Assembly (NCBI RefSeq): GCF_036971445.1
Contig: NC_091473.1
Coordinates: 86,986,001-87,050,000 of the forward strand
Length of the DNA stretch: 64,000 nt
Reading direction: 5' to 3'
Source: Narcine bancroftii
Taxonomy: Eukaryota
Part shown: piece after piece, positions 27,601 through 42,600 of the stretch
How positions within the stretch are numbered: position 1 is the stretch's first letter
Layout: each line of letters starts with the position of its first letter
Translations under genes and position numbers: made by a program
The notes under the pieces: generated by a model
Seen by the model: the letters and a program-made list of their open reading frames with translations, nothing else
The model's database searches: none
What the model was told of the DNA's origin: nothing

Positions 27601-30600
27601 CTCCCCTTACCTATTACATCTCTTTCAGAAAACAACTTATCACAATCTATGTATTCTAGATCCTTTCACATTTCCTCAAAATTGGCCTTTCTCCAATTTA
27701 GAATCTCAGCCTGAGGCCCAGACCTATCCTTCTCCATAATTAACTTGAAACTAATGACATTATGGACCAAAATGTTCCCCTACACATACTTCTGTCACCT
27801 GTCCTGCTTTGCTCCCTAATAGCAGATCCAGTCTTGCACTCTTTCTGGTTGGTTCCTGTATATACTGATTTTTAAAAAACTTTCCTGAACACATTTGAGA
27901 AGTTCCAAGCCATCCAGCCTTTTTACAGTATGGGAGTCCCAGTCAATTTATGAAATATTAAAACCTACTATCACAACCTTTTGTTTTCTACAGTTGATTG
28001 CTATCTCTCCACAGATTTGCTACTCCAATTCTCACTGACTATTGGGTGGTTTATAATACAACCCCCTTGAGTTTGGTCATACTTTTCCCATTCCTCAGTT
28101 CTGCCCATATAGCCTCAGTAGATGAGCCCTCTGGTCTGTCCTGCCTGAGCACAGTTGTGATATTTTCCCTGATGAGCAAAGCCACTCCTCCCTCTTTCTA
28201 GCATGTCTGAAACAACAGAAACCTGGAATATTGAGCTGCCAGTCCTTCCCCTCTTGCATCCAAGTTTCACTGATGGCCACAATGTCATAATTCCTCAAAT
28301 CAATCCACGCTCTAAGATCGTCTACCTTTCCTATAATACTTACTTCATTAAATTAGATGCTCCTGAGAAAACTGCCATCATATACAACCCTTTGACTTCT
28401 GACATTACCTGCAATCTTCACTTCCATCTTTTTTCCCCTCCACTTCTCTATCTACACTGTTTCCCATCCCTCTGCAAATCTAGTTTAAAGCTCCCCAGAG
28501 AAGCACCAGCAAATCTTCACGCAAGGATATTAACCCCACTCCAGTTCAGATGCAAACCGTCCCATGGGAACAGGTCCCGCCTTCCCTGGAAGAGAGCTCA
28601 GTGATCCAGAATCCCTCCCTCCTGCACCATCTCTTTTCCCATGTATTAAGATGCATAATCCTCCTATTTCTATCCTCACAAGCACATAGCATAGGTAGTA
28701 ATCCTGAGATCACAACTCTCGAGGTCCTGTCTTTCAACCTAGTACCCATCTCCCTGAGCTCTCCTTGCAGGACCTCTCACTCTTCCTATCTATGTCATTG
28801 GTTCCTATATGGACCATGACATCTGACTGCTCACTCTCCCTCCTAAGAATATCATGAACGCAATCTGAGAGACCTCAGGTCCTGGCACCAGGGAGGCAAC
28901 ATACCATCCAGGATACTCAATCTCTTCCATAGAATCTCTTATCTGTCCCCCTAACTATGGAAACCCCTATCACTACAGCTCCTCTTCTTTTTTCCTCCCT
29001 TCCCTTCTTAGCCACAAGACCAAACTCAGTGAGACCTAATCGCTGTGTTTTGTCCCTAGTAACTTCCATCTCCCCTCCTCAATAAGTATCCAAAATGAAA
29101 ACAGTATACAGGCATAACTTATATAACACAGTTAATTCAGTCCAAGTAAATTCAGTGTTATGGAAAATCGCACTGTTTAAAGCATTATTACAATCCACTT
29201 TAATGTAATATGATCCAATCCTACATTCTTTTACCTAGAACTCTTATGCAAATATTTTAAAGAGACATATAAAAATGAAAAATAACAAAGATCTTTTCCA
29301 ATTTCCACCATGTCTTGAGAGATAGTTTTAATTTGCACTTAAAAAGTAGTGATATTACTTGCATTATGTGGTAAAAGATCACGCCAAACAGCTTGTGTTG
29401 CTTGCAGTCACTTCAAGCCATGATTCACCAATGTTTTCGACTGCATTCTTGATGTTATAACTTTCAAAAACTCTGTTAAAGTCTTGAGATTTTATCCTAA
29501 GCTTTAATGGCTTGATAAAATGTTCATAGCAAATATAAACCTTGAACGTGGCAATGACACCCTGTAGGAATGATGTTGTGTTTGGTGGCAAAAAAAATAT
29601 TTTGACATTTCCTTCAACTCCGAAATAGCAGTTGAATGAGCTGCTGCATTGTCAAATAACAATAACATTTTAAAATCCAAGTTATTATCTCTGCAGTAAT
29701 GTTAGGTTGTAGGACAAAAATGGGTTTGTGTACCATTCTTCAAACAATTCTCTTGTCACCCAGGCTTTTTTTTAGATCTCCATATTGCAGGAAGTGCAAT
29801 TTTTGGTTATTATTATATTAAAATTATAAACCATGTTATATCAAAACCCACACTATACAAAACCATGTTATACAGGCAATGCCTGTATGTGCTATTGAGG
29901 GGAATACCCACAGGAGTGCCCTGCTCTGACTGTCAATTTCCTTTCCCTCTCCTGACTGTCACCCACCTACCTACCTACGACCTCCTCAGTGTGACAGCCT
30001 CCCTGTAACTCCTATCAGCCCATAAGCCTCCCAAATAGCTTTTACTTTCATTCATAGGTGACCATCAATACAATCTACAGTTTTCCAGTACACTGATAAA
30101 CTCATTGATGTCGATGGGGGTGGGGGTGGGAAATCCCCCCCAAATAGGTCCACAGCCATACTCCTAAACTGTGAACAAGGGCTTGTTTGGGTCAAACTGC
30201 TTTTCCTTTGCTCATCATGCACCTCCTGAATCTTTACAGGGTCTCCTAACTGAGATAAGCAGAGAGTGGGGAATTCTCAAAATTAAAAAAAAATGTTTAA
30301 TATCAAACAAAACTGGGCATTTTCTCTATTAATATCTTTACCTTTGTGGGTTCCAGTAGCTCCAGGTAATTGCTTGGAACTAACCCAGTCTAGCAAACAA
30401 GAAACAGAGTTAGGAGATCATCTATAACCAGTGTCCATCACATAATAAATGAGACCAAACTAAACTTTCCACTAACAGCCAAAAAGTTAACATTTTGTTT
30501 AAAATGTTGAGCTGAAAAGGCCTAACAACAAACAAGAAACATTACATTCCTTGTCATTAACAATGTGCACTTTATTGATTTTCTTTTGTTCTCTCTGTAT

Positions 30601-33600
30601 TGCAGTTTGTTTACATGTTATCTATTTACATTTCTTTTATTTGTTTACATTTTTACACTGTGTAGTTTATTTTTTGCACTATTAATTAGTGGTAATTCTG
30701 CCATGCCCACAGGAAAAAGGAATCTCAGGGTAGCATGTGATGTAATTTATATACTCTGCCAATAAATATGAAATGAAGAACAAGGATGAATGCTAGTGGG
30801 TGTGTTGTGTGCAAATGACCTTTCTGAGAGTAAACTTCTTGAGGTGATCTTCAATGACTTTCCTATTACCCCACCATTCCCCAGTCACATGAATTTTGAC
30901 TTAACTAGTGCCCAACCTTAAACAACTCAACTTTCCCAGAACAGCAACTTCACAAATGCAAAAAGCCAATGTAGGGTTAGTACCGTAAATATTCGTGTAA
31001 AATGCACCCCCCTCCCCATTTTTGAGGGGAGAAAGGGAGAAAACTTTTACCCCCGTGTATAATACAACCCCCTCCCCTCGCCCGCCCGATTCACACTGAC
31101 GTCTCTCTCCCTCCCCCCCCCCACCCAAGTCGTACTGGCATCTCTCCCCCCTTGACTGCCTGAGTCGCGCTGCCGTCTCTCCCCCTCTCCCGCCGCCGTC
31201 TCTCTCCCCCCCTCTCCCGCCACCGTCACTCCCCCCCTCTCCCACCCGACTCGTGCTGCCATCTCTCCCCTCTCCTCCCCCCAACCCTGTCGCGCTGCCA
31301 ACTCTCTCCCTTCTCTCGCCTGAGTTGTGCAGGTGTTTCTCCCCCCCCTCCTCCCTCTCCCGCCCAATTCATGCTGCTGTCTCTCCCCCTCCTCCTCCCA
31401 CCAACCTAGTCGCGCTGCCATCTCGATACAATAGAATGTATCGTCAGCCGACTATATTGTTAAACCTGGCAGAAATTTTTTTTAATTATAACCCTGTTTA
31501 TAATGCGACCTCCCCCTACTTTGAGTTCAAATTTCGGTACAAACTTTTTCGTATTATACTCGAACATTTACAGTAATCATGCCAAATCAAAAATGAGGTT
31601 TGGAACAAAGCAAATATCAGTTCAATAAAAGGTCATCAATCTGTTTCTGCTTGACTTTGAGTCTGTCTTTTGCTGTGTTTATTTCATTTTCATTTCACTT
31701 TGAATTTTGGTGGTTCTCAATCTGCCCACTAGTGTGGAGCAAACAGCAAGAAAATGGAAATAGTGACTCTGAATAGTAATACTGGATTCAGATATACCTT
31801 GAGGAGAATCATGATTGAAAATAGTGGAGATGTTTTGTAGGTTCATCTGCATCTGTGGGAAGAGAGTTAACTGTTTCTCTCATATCAGATGTTATTTGAC
31901 CTGCTGAGTGCTTCTAGTACTTTGTGTTTTTGGCATCAGCAGTTTAGTTTTTGGTATACCATATAATTTCAATTCAGTTACAACAAGAAGTTCATTGAGA
32001 GGATCACAATGTGGAAATGGCGAAGATTCCCTGGTGAACCATTGTCTGAGAGCTACATCAATGGGATCGGTCCACTCTAAGGTTTCACCATTCAACTTAT
32101 TTTCTGAATCAGATCAGATCCTATTTATTGCCATGTAATAAAACAGAAATAGATATAACACAAAATTGCCTTTAGTCTGCCATAAGGCAAAGATTCGCCA
32201 TAGGCTCAGAACCCTTTACAGTCAGAGATGCTTGGTTTCTCATTCTGTTCAAGGACCCTTTTCCTGTACAGGATTCTCAATAAATGTGCTTCACCACATC
32301 AGTTGATGATGGATGGGTTAGTTTAGAGACAGACAAAACGCTAAGAGACAGCTGGCTGGCATTCTTTTGTATCTTTGTCAGATTGGTTTATTGAATTAAC
32401 TCACCAGTTAAATCTGTTTTGATATTAATAATCCACTTGTCACAGAATGGTTAAGTGCTAATTCTGAGGGAAAACCCATGGTGACCCAAGGTAGAGCACT
32501 AATAGCCTGCCATTTTTAAAAAAAATTAGACCTTATAGCATGGTAACAGGTCCTTTCGCCCCCAAGAGCCCGTGCCACCCAGTAACACCCAATGATCTAC
32601 AATCCCGGTATTTTTTTTCTTTGAAGGCTGGGAGGAAACTGGAACACCCGGAGAAAATCCACATACATACAGGGAGAATGTACAAACTCCTTACAGACAG
32701 TGCTGGATTCTAATCCTGGTCGCTGGCGCAATAAGAGCATTGTGCTTACCACTAGCTAACTGTACCGCCCAAAAATATAAATGATTTGTACTTCAATAGG
32801 TATTTTAGGCCACCTTCTGTGTTGCTTTTGGTTATTTACCAACTATTATTGAAATAATACAATGTAAAAAAAAATGGCAACCTTGTTGCTGGTATGAACC
32901 TGGGAGAGCTCCTTCGCAGGGCTCTATTGCCCGGCTGTGATGGTGGCAGCTCCATACAGGCTTTAAACAGCAAGTTAAAGAAGTCAATGGTGTTTTTATT
33001 TATAGCATCCTGCAACCACATAGGTCTGAGACCAAGATGGCTGGGCAGCGTACCACAAAAGGTTCAGACTCTAGGGGAGGAGGAGACTGGAACAGGGCAC
33101 CAGAATCAGGAGATTAGCCCTCCCCCCAACCATTGAGGAGAAGCTAGGAGATGACTATAGAAAGGTTACCATGGCAGCGGACCAGCAAGGGGCTCAGAGG
33201 CTGAAGGACCCACACAGTGCGGGCTGGAGGCAACTTGCGGTCAAAGGATTCACACAGGTGGGCTGTTGCCAATCTGGAGTCAAAGAACTTACACCAGGAT
33301 ACAATAGACTGGATCATGGTAACCAGGTATGGTAATCAGGATTCGAGAGAGTGTTGAAAGCAAGAAGAGTTCTTGAAGGGCTCAGGCACTGAAAGTTTCC
33401 AAATTGTAACAGAAGTTTGTATTTGGAGCTTAGGTTGCCAATGGAGTGAACTACAGGAGCACTAGAGGCAAATCCACAGACACTCAATGTTTCTCAAGGA
33501 ACTCTATTTTGCTTCTATTTCTCTTATTGGGGATGTTGGGCAAAGCTAATGGTGACTCTTTGTTTTCCATTATGACAGGCAAAAGGTAAAGCACATCATA

Positions 33601-36600
33601 TATATTACATTTTATGTATTATTACGTGACAATAAAAGGAACGTTGAGACATGCAGAAAGCTTATGATTGTACTAAGTTCTACGTACTTAAAAGAATCTC
33701 ATAATATACATCAAACTTTGCTGTGACTGCTGTCTGTTGTTTGCCCATAATTCTATCATAAAATGTACAAGAATATTGCTACAGTAAACAAAATCGGCCA
33801 TACAGAATTGCAAGGAGCAGTCATCTCCCAGAGTGCACACTGCACTTTCCCATTTCTTTGTTAAAACTTGCCTTGTTGTTAAACATGACTGTGGCCCAGT
33901 TGTCGTGCCCCCACTGCAGCAGGAAAACTATATTTCCTGACTTCAATTCCAGCTCCATTTCATTATTTGGAATGAAGTTAAACAACACACGGTGAGGTTT
34001 ACCCTCCAGTGTTCTGAACAGATAAAGAAATTTTATTCAATATGGTTATACTTCTTAATGCACTCTTTTCAATATAGCATTATCATAGCAGAAATTAACA
34101 AGTGTATAGACATCCAACTTTTCAGAAAAAAACATTACAGAAATGTCATGTGTCAGTTAAACTTCCTCACATTTGATGAACTTTAAAGGTGATGACTTTA
34201 TATAATCACTCAGGAGGAAACTTGGCTAAACCCTCAAGATGTCAAGCAGATTAACCCTTTCAAAAATGACTACTGGGTGTAGTTTTACAAAGCTTCTGGA
34301 ATAGAAATGAACTTGGCATGGAACACATAAGTGATAAAATGGGGCTTTGGGAAGGAAGAAGAAAAGGTTTTGGTGGAGACACAAATATCAACAGCTATTT
34401 TGGTGTTGTATTTATAACCTTTAGAGATCTGCAAAATTAAATAAAGACAGAGACCCCCATAAAGGGAGAAGTGAACGTGGCCTATTCGTGCCAATAATCT
34501 TACCGGGGAAAAAAAAAGGTAAATCTGTAATATCTGTTAACATAATAATTAATTCTAGAATTAGGACTCTGCTCAACACAGAGCAGGTAGTTCTCCCTTT
34601 GTAGAACTTTGTACAACTTTGTACCGACAGTTTATTTCAGGATTAGAGGACAAGACTGGCTGAGTAACTCATTGCAGCTATTTGCAGACATGCACACCAG
34701 TTGCTGAGATCTCTGTAATCAGCACAGGATTACACACAGGACTTGGGACAAATAAAAACCACTTACTTCAATTTTTCTGGTGCTTTCTGTTGTGGGACAG
34801 GTTCTGGAGCCTGTTAATTAAATTTGAAAAACAAATTCACTGCTCTCCATTCTAAATAAAAAAGTGGGCCCATGATGCATAACAGAAATGATAGAGAGGT
34901 GCTGTATTACTGAAGGTAAAGATGCCTACAAATTTTGCAGCCAATTGATTCATATTAGCAAAAACTAAGATAAGCTCTCAGAGTGAAACAACCACAACTA
35001 GGCTTCTGCAATGTGCACCAATTTACAGCACTGAGAGGTAGGGGTGTGGGGGTGGGTGAGGAGGGGGAAAACAAAAAAAAATCAGGATTTCCATTCATAA
35101 TTTCCAACTCCAATCACCTGGCCAAACTCAGTTCCTAATACAATGTCTAGTATGGTCCCTTTTCTGGTTGGATACTACATGCTATTTAAATTAAAGCATT
35201 AACTAAATCCTATGGGTTATGATGCACTCCTGCACTCCCATCATAAGTCAAAAAAATAAGACCACACCTACCATTTTTATAATTAAATGTTGAATACACC
35301 ATGTTGAATTTTGAATACAGAGACTGTAAGTGTGGTTAAGTAAGCATCGTGAGACTGTATGCTATTCTGCCATTGCCCAGAATCGCGCGAGAGTAGCATT
35401 TCACATATCGTAAGTGCGGGGACACATTTGAACTTGTGACAGATTATGTGTGTTTGGATTGTATAGGGATATGTTTTGGGAGATAAATTGGGGAAGGTTT
35501 TTCAATGTAGGTCACATACAAACACTTTAAAACAGATCTTATTTAAAATTCTGGAGCTCTGCTCATGCTAGACATGACGGCTCCAGAGCCTTTGCAAAAG
35601 CTTTGGAGAGTGCCCAAGAGACTTCACTAATGGATTGTTGTTTCCAAAAAGGCAACAGATGAAAGAACTTGTTGGAGCTGCAGACTGTATGGAGTGGAAC
35701 TTGCTGTTCTAAGAGGGTCATGTGGTTCTGTAAGCAGAAAGAGTCAAACAGAGAGAGAAGAGACACACACACACAGATCAGTTCTGCAGTTTTACAGTCA
35801 GCAACAGCAGCTGGGACTGGAACAGGACAAGCTGGCAAGCTTGTGGAAAAACCCATTTGGAAGAGTGCTTAATTCAGCCTGGTTAAAGCCCTTGTGGTTC
35901 ATGCAAGAGGAGAGGACTGGCTGTCTAATGTTTCACTTGAAATAAGGGAAACAAAAAGGAACTCTGTGGTGACTTGAAAGAAAGAGATTATCATCTGGAG
36001 AACCCTGAGGGGGAAAGTTTCTTCGAATAGACACTGAGGCGGCTGATTAAAAAAGAATCAGTTGTGGGTGTCCCATGAACAACAAATCTCTCTCTGAAAA
36101 CTGACAAGAACCTTCCTGAGTGGTAACCATTTACCTTTCAAGCACCAAAGCCTGGTGAACTTTATAAATGTTAAATTCTGTGCACAGTATAAGAATTGCC
36201 TGCAACCAGTGAACTTGGAGGAATGAGAAGTTAGATTGGACTGTGAGTCAAAGAACTTTTCTGAACTTACATATACATTACATACATGTGCGCTTAGAAT
36301 TAGGAGGGGGTTAAGTTAGGTTAGTTAAGTCAATAGTGATAAGTTAAAGTACAATTCTGTTTTCATGTTTAAAGATAATTAAAAGCAACTTTTGTTTAAG
36401 TAACCAATTGTCTTGGTAAATATCTATTGCTGCTGGGTTTTGGAGTCCTCTGGGCTCGTAACAGACTCGAAATTGAAAGTATGGATTCGAACCATCATAA
36501 CTTTGAAAATTTGTAAGTCGGGTCCCGATTTACGATTGTCCATCTGTGTATTTTATACATATATTCCATATTAATGGCCAAATAAAATGACATTAATTTT

Positions 36601-39600
36601 TAATCATGCAGAATGAGAATTGTGAGTAAGAAAGGTGCAATCACCCTGAGGGCTATACCATAGGCAACAGATAATGTAAATGAATAATGGAAAAAAGCTT
36701 CAGTGTGGTCCTTGTAGGAGAATAATTTTCTCAATAGTGACACAGACTTCCTTACTGTTGGAGGCTGAAAAGGGGCAGAATTTATTCATGACGTTTGTCG
36801 AAGCAGTATGTTAATAATCCAACCAGGGAAGGGACTACGGTACATTGATTTGGAAAATCAGGCTGGCCAGGTGATCGGTGTTTTGGTATGAGATCATTTT
36901 GGGAATAGTGATCACAATCTGATTCGTTCAGGTGCAGTTCTGATCACATTAAAGGAAGAATGTAAAAGCTTTAGAGAGGATGGAGCAAAGATTTACCAGG
37001 ATGTTGCCTGGATTGGAGAACATGCTATATGAAGCAAGGTTAACCGAACTAGGTCTTTGCTCTTTGGAGTGATGAAGAATGAGAGGAGACTTGATTGACA
37101 TACATGAGATTATGAAAGATAGTAATAGGGTAGATTCCCAACATCTTTATCCCAGGGAAACAACAGCAAGTACCAGAGGACTTCGTTTCAGGTGAGTGGA
37201 GGAAAGTTTGGGGGAGACATCAGTGATTTGTTTTTTTATTTAAAAATAAAACTGGCGAGTGCCTGGAATGCATTGTTAGGTGTGGTGTTTGAAGTTGGTA
37301 CAATAGGGACATTCAAAAGACTCTCAGATAGGTACATGTATATAAGCTAAATAGAGGGTTATAGATGTGTGAACTGTTAGACTGAGTTAGATTGTTGTGG
37401 AGTTAGTTTATACACATCAGCACAACATTGTGGGCCAAAGGGCCTCTTCTGTGCTATAATGTTCTATATTCTGCAATCCCTTTGGTTTAAAAGAGAGTTG
37501 TGAATGAGGATGTCTGGACTTTGTGGGAAAATATTAAATTGAGGGAAGTCAAATTAGGTCATTATTTGACAGAAGTGAGGGAGAGTTAATTGGAAGTAGA
37601 TGTTATTGGTCAAGTCTACAATTGTCACATGGGATTGTTTAAGTACCAACTAAGTAGAGTCTAGGATCATGTGTACAGTGAGGAGCAAGGACAGGGGTAC
37701 CCAGATAAGATAAATTTGGATAACGAACAAGGTAGGGAATTTAGTCAAAAAGTAAAAGGATGCATTTGCTGGAAGCTGAATATAAAAATGGGAGGAGAGC
37801 TGGACATTGGGAAGGCAAAAAGGGCCATGAAATATTCTTGTTGAGTAGGGTTAAAGAGAATCCCAAAACATTTTATAACTACCTTAAACTGAAGAGGATA
37901 ATTAGGGCATGTATAGGACCATACAAGGACAAAGAAGGAAATTCCTGCTTGGAATCAGTGGAAGTGGGTGAAGTATGAGGTACTAAATTTTGTAAAGGTA
38001 CTTTGTATTAGTGTTCACCAAGAAGAAGCACACGTGGAGAGCAGTGTGGAGTATGCTGGGGTATTTTGAGATCAAGAGAAAGATGGTGCTGGGCCTTTCA
38101 AAGAGCATTAAGGTAGATAACTTTCCAGGGCTTGAATGGATAGATCCATGTTGAGAAAGAGGCAAAGGAGGAGATTACTGGGGCCCTGACAAAGATCTTT
38201 GTACCTCACTAGCAACAGCTGAAGTCCTGAAGAACTTTTATCAAGGAGGGAAGTAGAGATATCTAGGAACTTATAGGGCAGTGAGCCTGACATCAGTAGT
38301 AGAGAAACTAATGAAGAGGATACAGTGGGATAGGATTTATATGCATTTGAAAAGGCACAGTCAGATTAGGGATAGTCATTATGGCTTGTATGAGGTAGGT
38401 CATATCTTACATATGGATTTTTTTCAAGGTAATTGACAGCGGTAGGGAAGTGGATGCCTTCTACATTGACTTCAGTAAGGCATTTAACAAGGTCCCTCAT
38501 GTTAGGCTGATCCAGAAAGTATCCATGGTAAATCAATTATGTGGATACAGAATTGGCTGGCCCACAGAAAATACCCATTATCTGGAATTCAAGCAACCAG
38601 CAGCTTCAAGCAACTGACAAAAAAAATCACAGAAAATAGGTAAAAAAAATATGAACATTAAAAATTTGCTGCATCTGAGTGATTACTTTGCCAATCACAA
38701 AACACGCAATCTCAAGCAAACAGAAAATGTGCCTATCCAGCATCTACCAATCCCCAAAGGTGCTAGAGACTGGGGGTTTTACTTTAGAAGGTAGCAGTGG
38801 AAGAGTGCTAATCTGGCTCGAAGTCTATGACCATTGGTGTTTCACAGGGATTGGTATTGGAACCCCATTTTTTTGTGATATACGAATATGGTTTAGATTT
38901 AAAAATAAATGGTTTGCTCAGTAAGTTTGCAGATTACATAAAGATTGGTGGAGTTGTGGACATGTAGAGGGCTCTCAAAGAATACAGCATGATATAAATG
39001 AAATGGCAGATGGAGTTTAATCTGGGCAAATATGAGTTGCAAGATCAAGCACAAGGAGGAAAAAAATGGATAATCCCAGGTCTCTTAACAGAGGGATCTG
39101 GGAGACCAAGTCCATAGCTCCCAGAAACAACGTTCCTAAGTAGATAGGTAAAGGTGCTTGGCTTCATTGGTGAGGCCTTTAGTACATGAGCAAGGAAGTC
39201 ATTTTGCATCTATATAAAATTTTGTTTAGTCTACACTTTGAGTATTGTGCGCTATTCTGCTCCCCCTTATAGGAGGGATGTGAAGATTTTGGAAAGGGAG
39301 TAGAAGAGATTAAACAGGATGCTGTCTAGATGAGAGGATATAAGGCTTTAGGAGAGGCTAGACAAATTTTGGTCATTTTCTCTGAAGCAAGGAAACCTGA
39401 TATTGATAAAATTAAAAGGCATAGATAGGGTAGACGGTCAACATCATTTTCCAAGTTAAAAATGTTATATGTTCGATACCATTCTTTTATGGTGGGTGTG
39501 GGGGGAGTTTAAAAGAGTGTGTACGCAGTATTTTTTTAAAAATTTATTCCAAAATTGGTAGATGCCAGGGACAGACTGTCAGGAGTAGTGGTGGAAGCTG

Positions 39601-42600
39601 ATATGATAGTAGTGTTTAAGAGGCTTCGAGGTAGACATGTGAAAATTCAAGGAACAGGGGAACAGGTTTCATGTGCAAGTGGCAGAATTTTGGTTGATAT
39701 TTGGTATTGTGTTCGGCACAGACATCATGAGCCTGTTACTGTGCTGTACTGTTCGTTATTCCATCTACTATTCCTTAGCCCCCTTTACCAGCTCATTTAG
39801 ATTCTGTTGTAATCTCAAAGATCTAATGTGTTCCTTATACTGTTTCTTTGGGGACTATCTTTCTGTTTATCCAACATAAGGAAATCAAATGAGCTACCAG
39901 ATTTAAAGCCAGATAATAAAAATAAGCATATACCCGTCACATAGATGTTCAAGATAAAGCAGAAATAATTTTTAAAAATTCAATAACAGTAGCCATGAAA
40001 CTAGTAGGTTGTCATCTGGCTCATTAATGTGGTTCAGGGAAGGAAATCTGCCATTCTTAGCTGGTCTGACTCCTGACCCACCAATGTCATTCATTCATTA
40101 CCCATAACTCAGTTTGGAGGCAAAGTGAGACAATAAATTCTGGCACAACGAATTGACATCCACATTCAATAAAACAATATTAAAGTGAGAGTACATTTAA
40201 TAAAGTAGCATACAGATATTAATCATATTACTTAGGACAATAAAAGTACTGGGATAATTTTTTTTCCTTGTATCAAGTTACAAAAGATTCAAAACAGAAG
40301 CTTCCAATAACAATTAAATCATACAAATTCAAGATTAAATACACTGTTTTTAAAAAAAAACAGCCTAGATTTTCCAGTCAAATTTAGTAACACTATTGGC
40401 ATTCATTGCTCAGGATTTAGGAGATTCGATTTAGTTGAGGGAAAGATATAACCATATAACCATAACAGTACGGAAACAGGCCATCTCGGCCCCTCTAGTC
40501 CGTACCGATTTAAGTGATCTCCTCTAGTCCCACTTATCTGCTTCCTGCCCATAACCCTCCAATCCCCTCACATCCATGCACCTATCCAACTTTTTCTTAA
40601 ATGACAAAATCGACCTTGCTGCAACCACTCAATTAATCTCAAAACTTCAAATTTGTTATCTATTTGAAGCTGTTCCATTGTCAGCTTTTCATGAAAGCAG
40701 CTTCTCACAAACTAGTTCACCACTGGAATGCCTCGCTATTTCTCTATGTCACCCCAATACAAAAGAAGCATACCTAAGGAAATTAGCACAGGTTGCTTCA
40801 AGTATAAATACCCTTTTAATGAAGCAACATTTAAAAACTGCCAAGCAACTTCACTACACTGAAGATTTACCACAAACGAGCAGCTTATTTCTTATAATCT
40901 TAATTATCCTGAGAATTTTCAAAAACATGATATTTCCATCTCTCTTAATCCATTTCTTTTCTCTCTATTTTACCCTCCCTGATTTGTGATTTATCTTTGT
41001 CCACATGCAGTTAATCTAATTGAAGGAGATACTCAGTTGCTTTTCCCTTATACTCAGGTTCATTGTGAGATGTGGATATCACAGTAGTGCCATATTCCTT
41101 CAATGTAACATTAACATTTGCACTTTTTTTTCTCCGCCTCTGGAAAAACTCTAATCCAAATGACCTTGGTAAAACACTTAAATGTGATCCCAGAGTAAAA
41201 TCTGGCCCATTATTACATTTGAAAGGGTCAGGGTGAGGCCAGTTCTGTTTAAAACACATCAGACCTTAAGACCAATTCACTTCTGATAGGGTCACACATA
41301 AAGGAACTTTCTAACCAAATTCAATGTCCCAAATTCAGTGCCCTTTCACCTAAATTGTGCAATTATTCCAAAATGAAGCAATTTCAGTCCTCACGATTCA
41401 AACAAAAGTAACCTTGCATCAGATTGACAATATTTAAACCAGTAACTAACTGAGTAAAATTAATAACTGTGGTTCAAGAAATACTTATTTTTTCCAAGGA
41501 TTACATAAAATTAAACATACCGGAGGCTGCAAAGGAGCAAAACCCGAGAATGCATCTTTGTCGATGATTGATGCGACCACCTAGGAATCAGGCAAAGAAC
41601 AATTGAAATCTGTGTGCAGACTCTGTTAAGGTTGCTAACTTGACAACATTAATCAGTAATCCTTGGTGTTTTGGGTCTTAACCACACAAACATTCTCCTA
41701 AATAACTTATTCATCATAAAAATAGACAACAGATTTATTTCGACCCTTTTCCCTGAGGCTTCACCCAATTTGGAGCTACATTTGTCCTGGAGGTGATGAT
41801 CTGACCACTTATTTAAGAGTGGCATTTTCTGCTACCCCAACAGCACCTCTAGAACAGCTCATCTGCAGCTGAAACTGTGACTTCATCTTCTCAAAATCTG
41901 ACAATTCCAATTCACCCTTAAATAAACCCCCTCTTCCTACATTATAGCCTGAACTCTGCTGCTTCAGTTTTAATTCTCATAAAATACCCCTCATCCATTT
42001 CAAAATTAAAAATTTCACCCTGGTTTACAAATCTCTGCAGCCCGTGGCCCCTATCTATCTCTGTCAACTCCAACTAACCCAAATCCTGAGACTTTGCAAT
42101 TGGCCCACCAATGGTGGCTGTGCCTTCAGCTGCAGATTAGAGTTGATTTAAGCTGACCTTAGCTCTTTGACCACTTTTGGTACACTGGTCCTAATACCTG
42201 TGCTGATTGTTTTTCATCATAGTGTAGCACGGTTGCTATGGCTACAGCAGGGTTGTAACTCTGTGTTATAGCCCTAAGGATGTAGCTCGAATCCACAGAA
42301 CACACACACACACACACCAGTGGAGTGTATTCGACACTGAGTTTATTTAGTGGCAGCTCTGCCTTTTATAGTCAGCTCAACCAGATCACCACCGGGATGT
42401 GGCTTGATCGGGCCAGCTGCCGATTGGTTACCTCAGATGCCTGGGCCCCATGCGATCTACCGGCAGTGATTGGCCAGTTTCACCGCTCTGCTGGTGACCT
42501 ATGAAAAAGGGCAGCTCAGCCCCCACGAGGCTCTGCCAGTCGCCGCATTCAATGGCCATTTCCTGTGTTGCCGCTTCACGAATCCTCCGCCAGAACTGGC

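Noticed and set aside
30901-31576. Gly/Arg/Pro-rich ORFs
   Set aside because: They are translations of the low-complexity minisatellite.
32690-32771. tRNA gene (A/B-box-like sequence)
   Set aside because: It is the tRNA-derived head of a SINE, continuous with the V-SINE core and degenerate.
32880-32961. Possible extra NCF2 exon ([21 protein letters not shown])
   Set aside because: It would interrupt the SH3-A domain, has only weak donors, and the flanking exons already join in frame.
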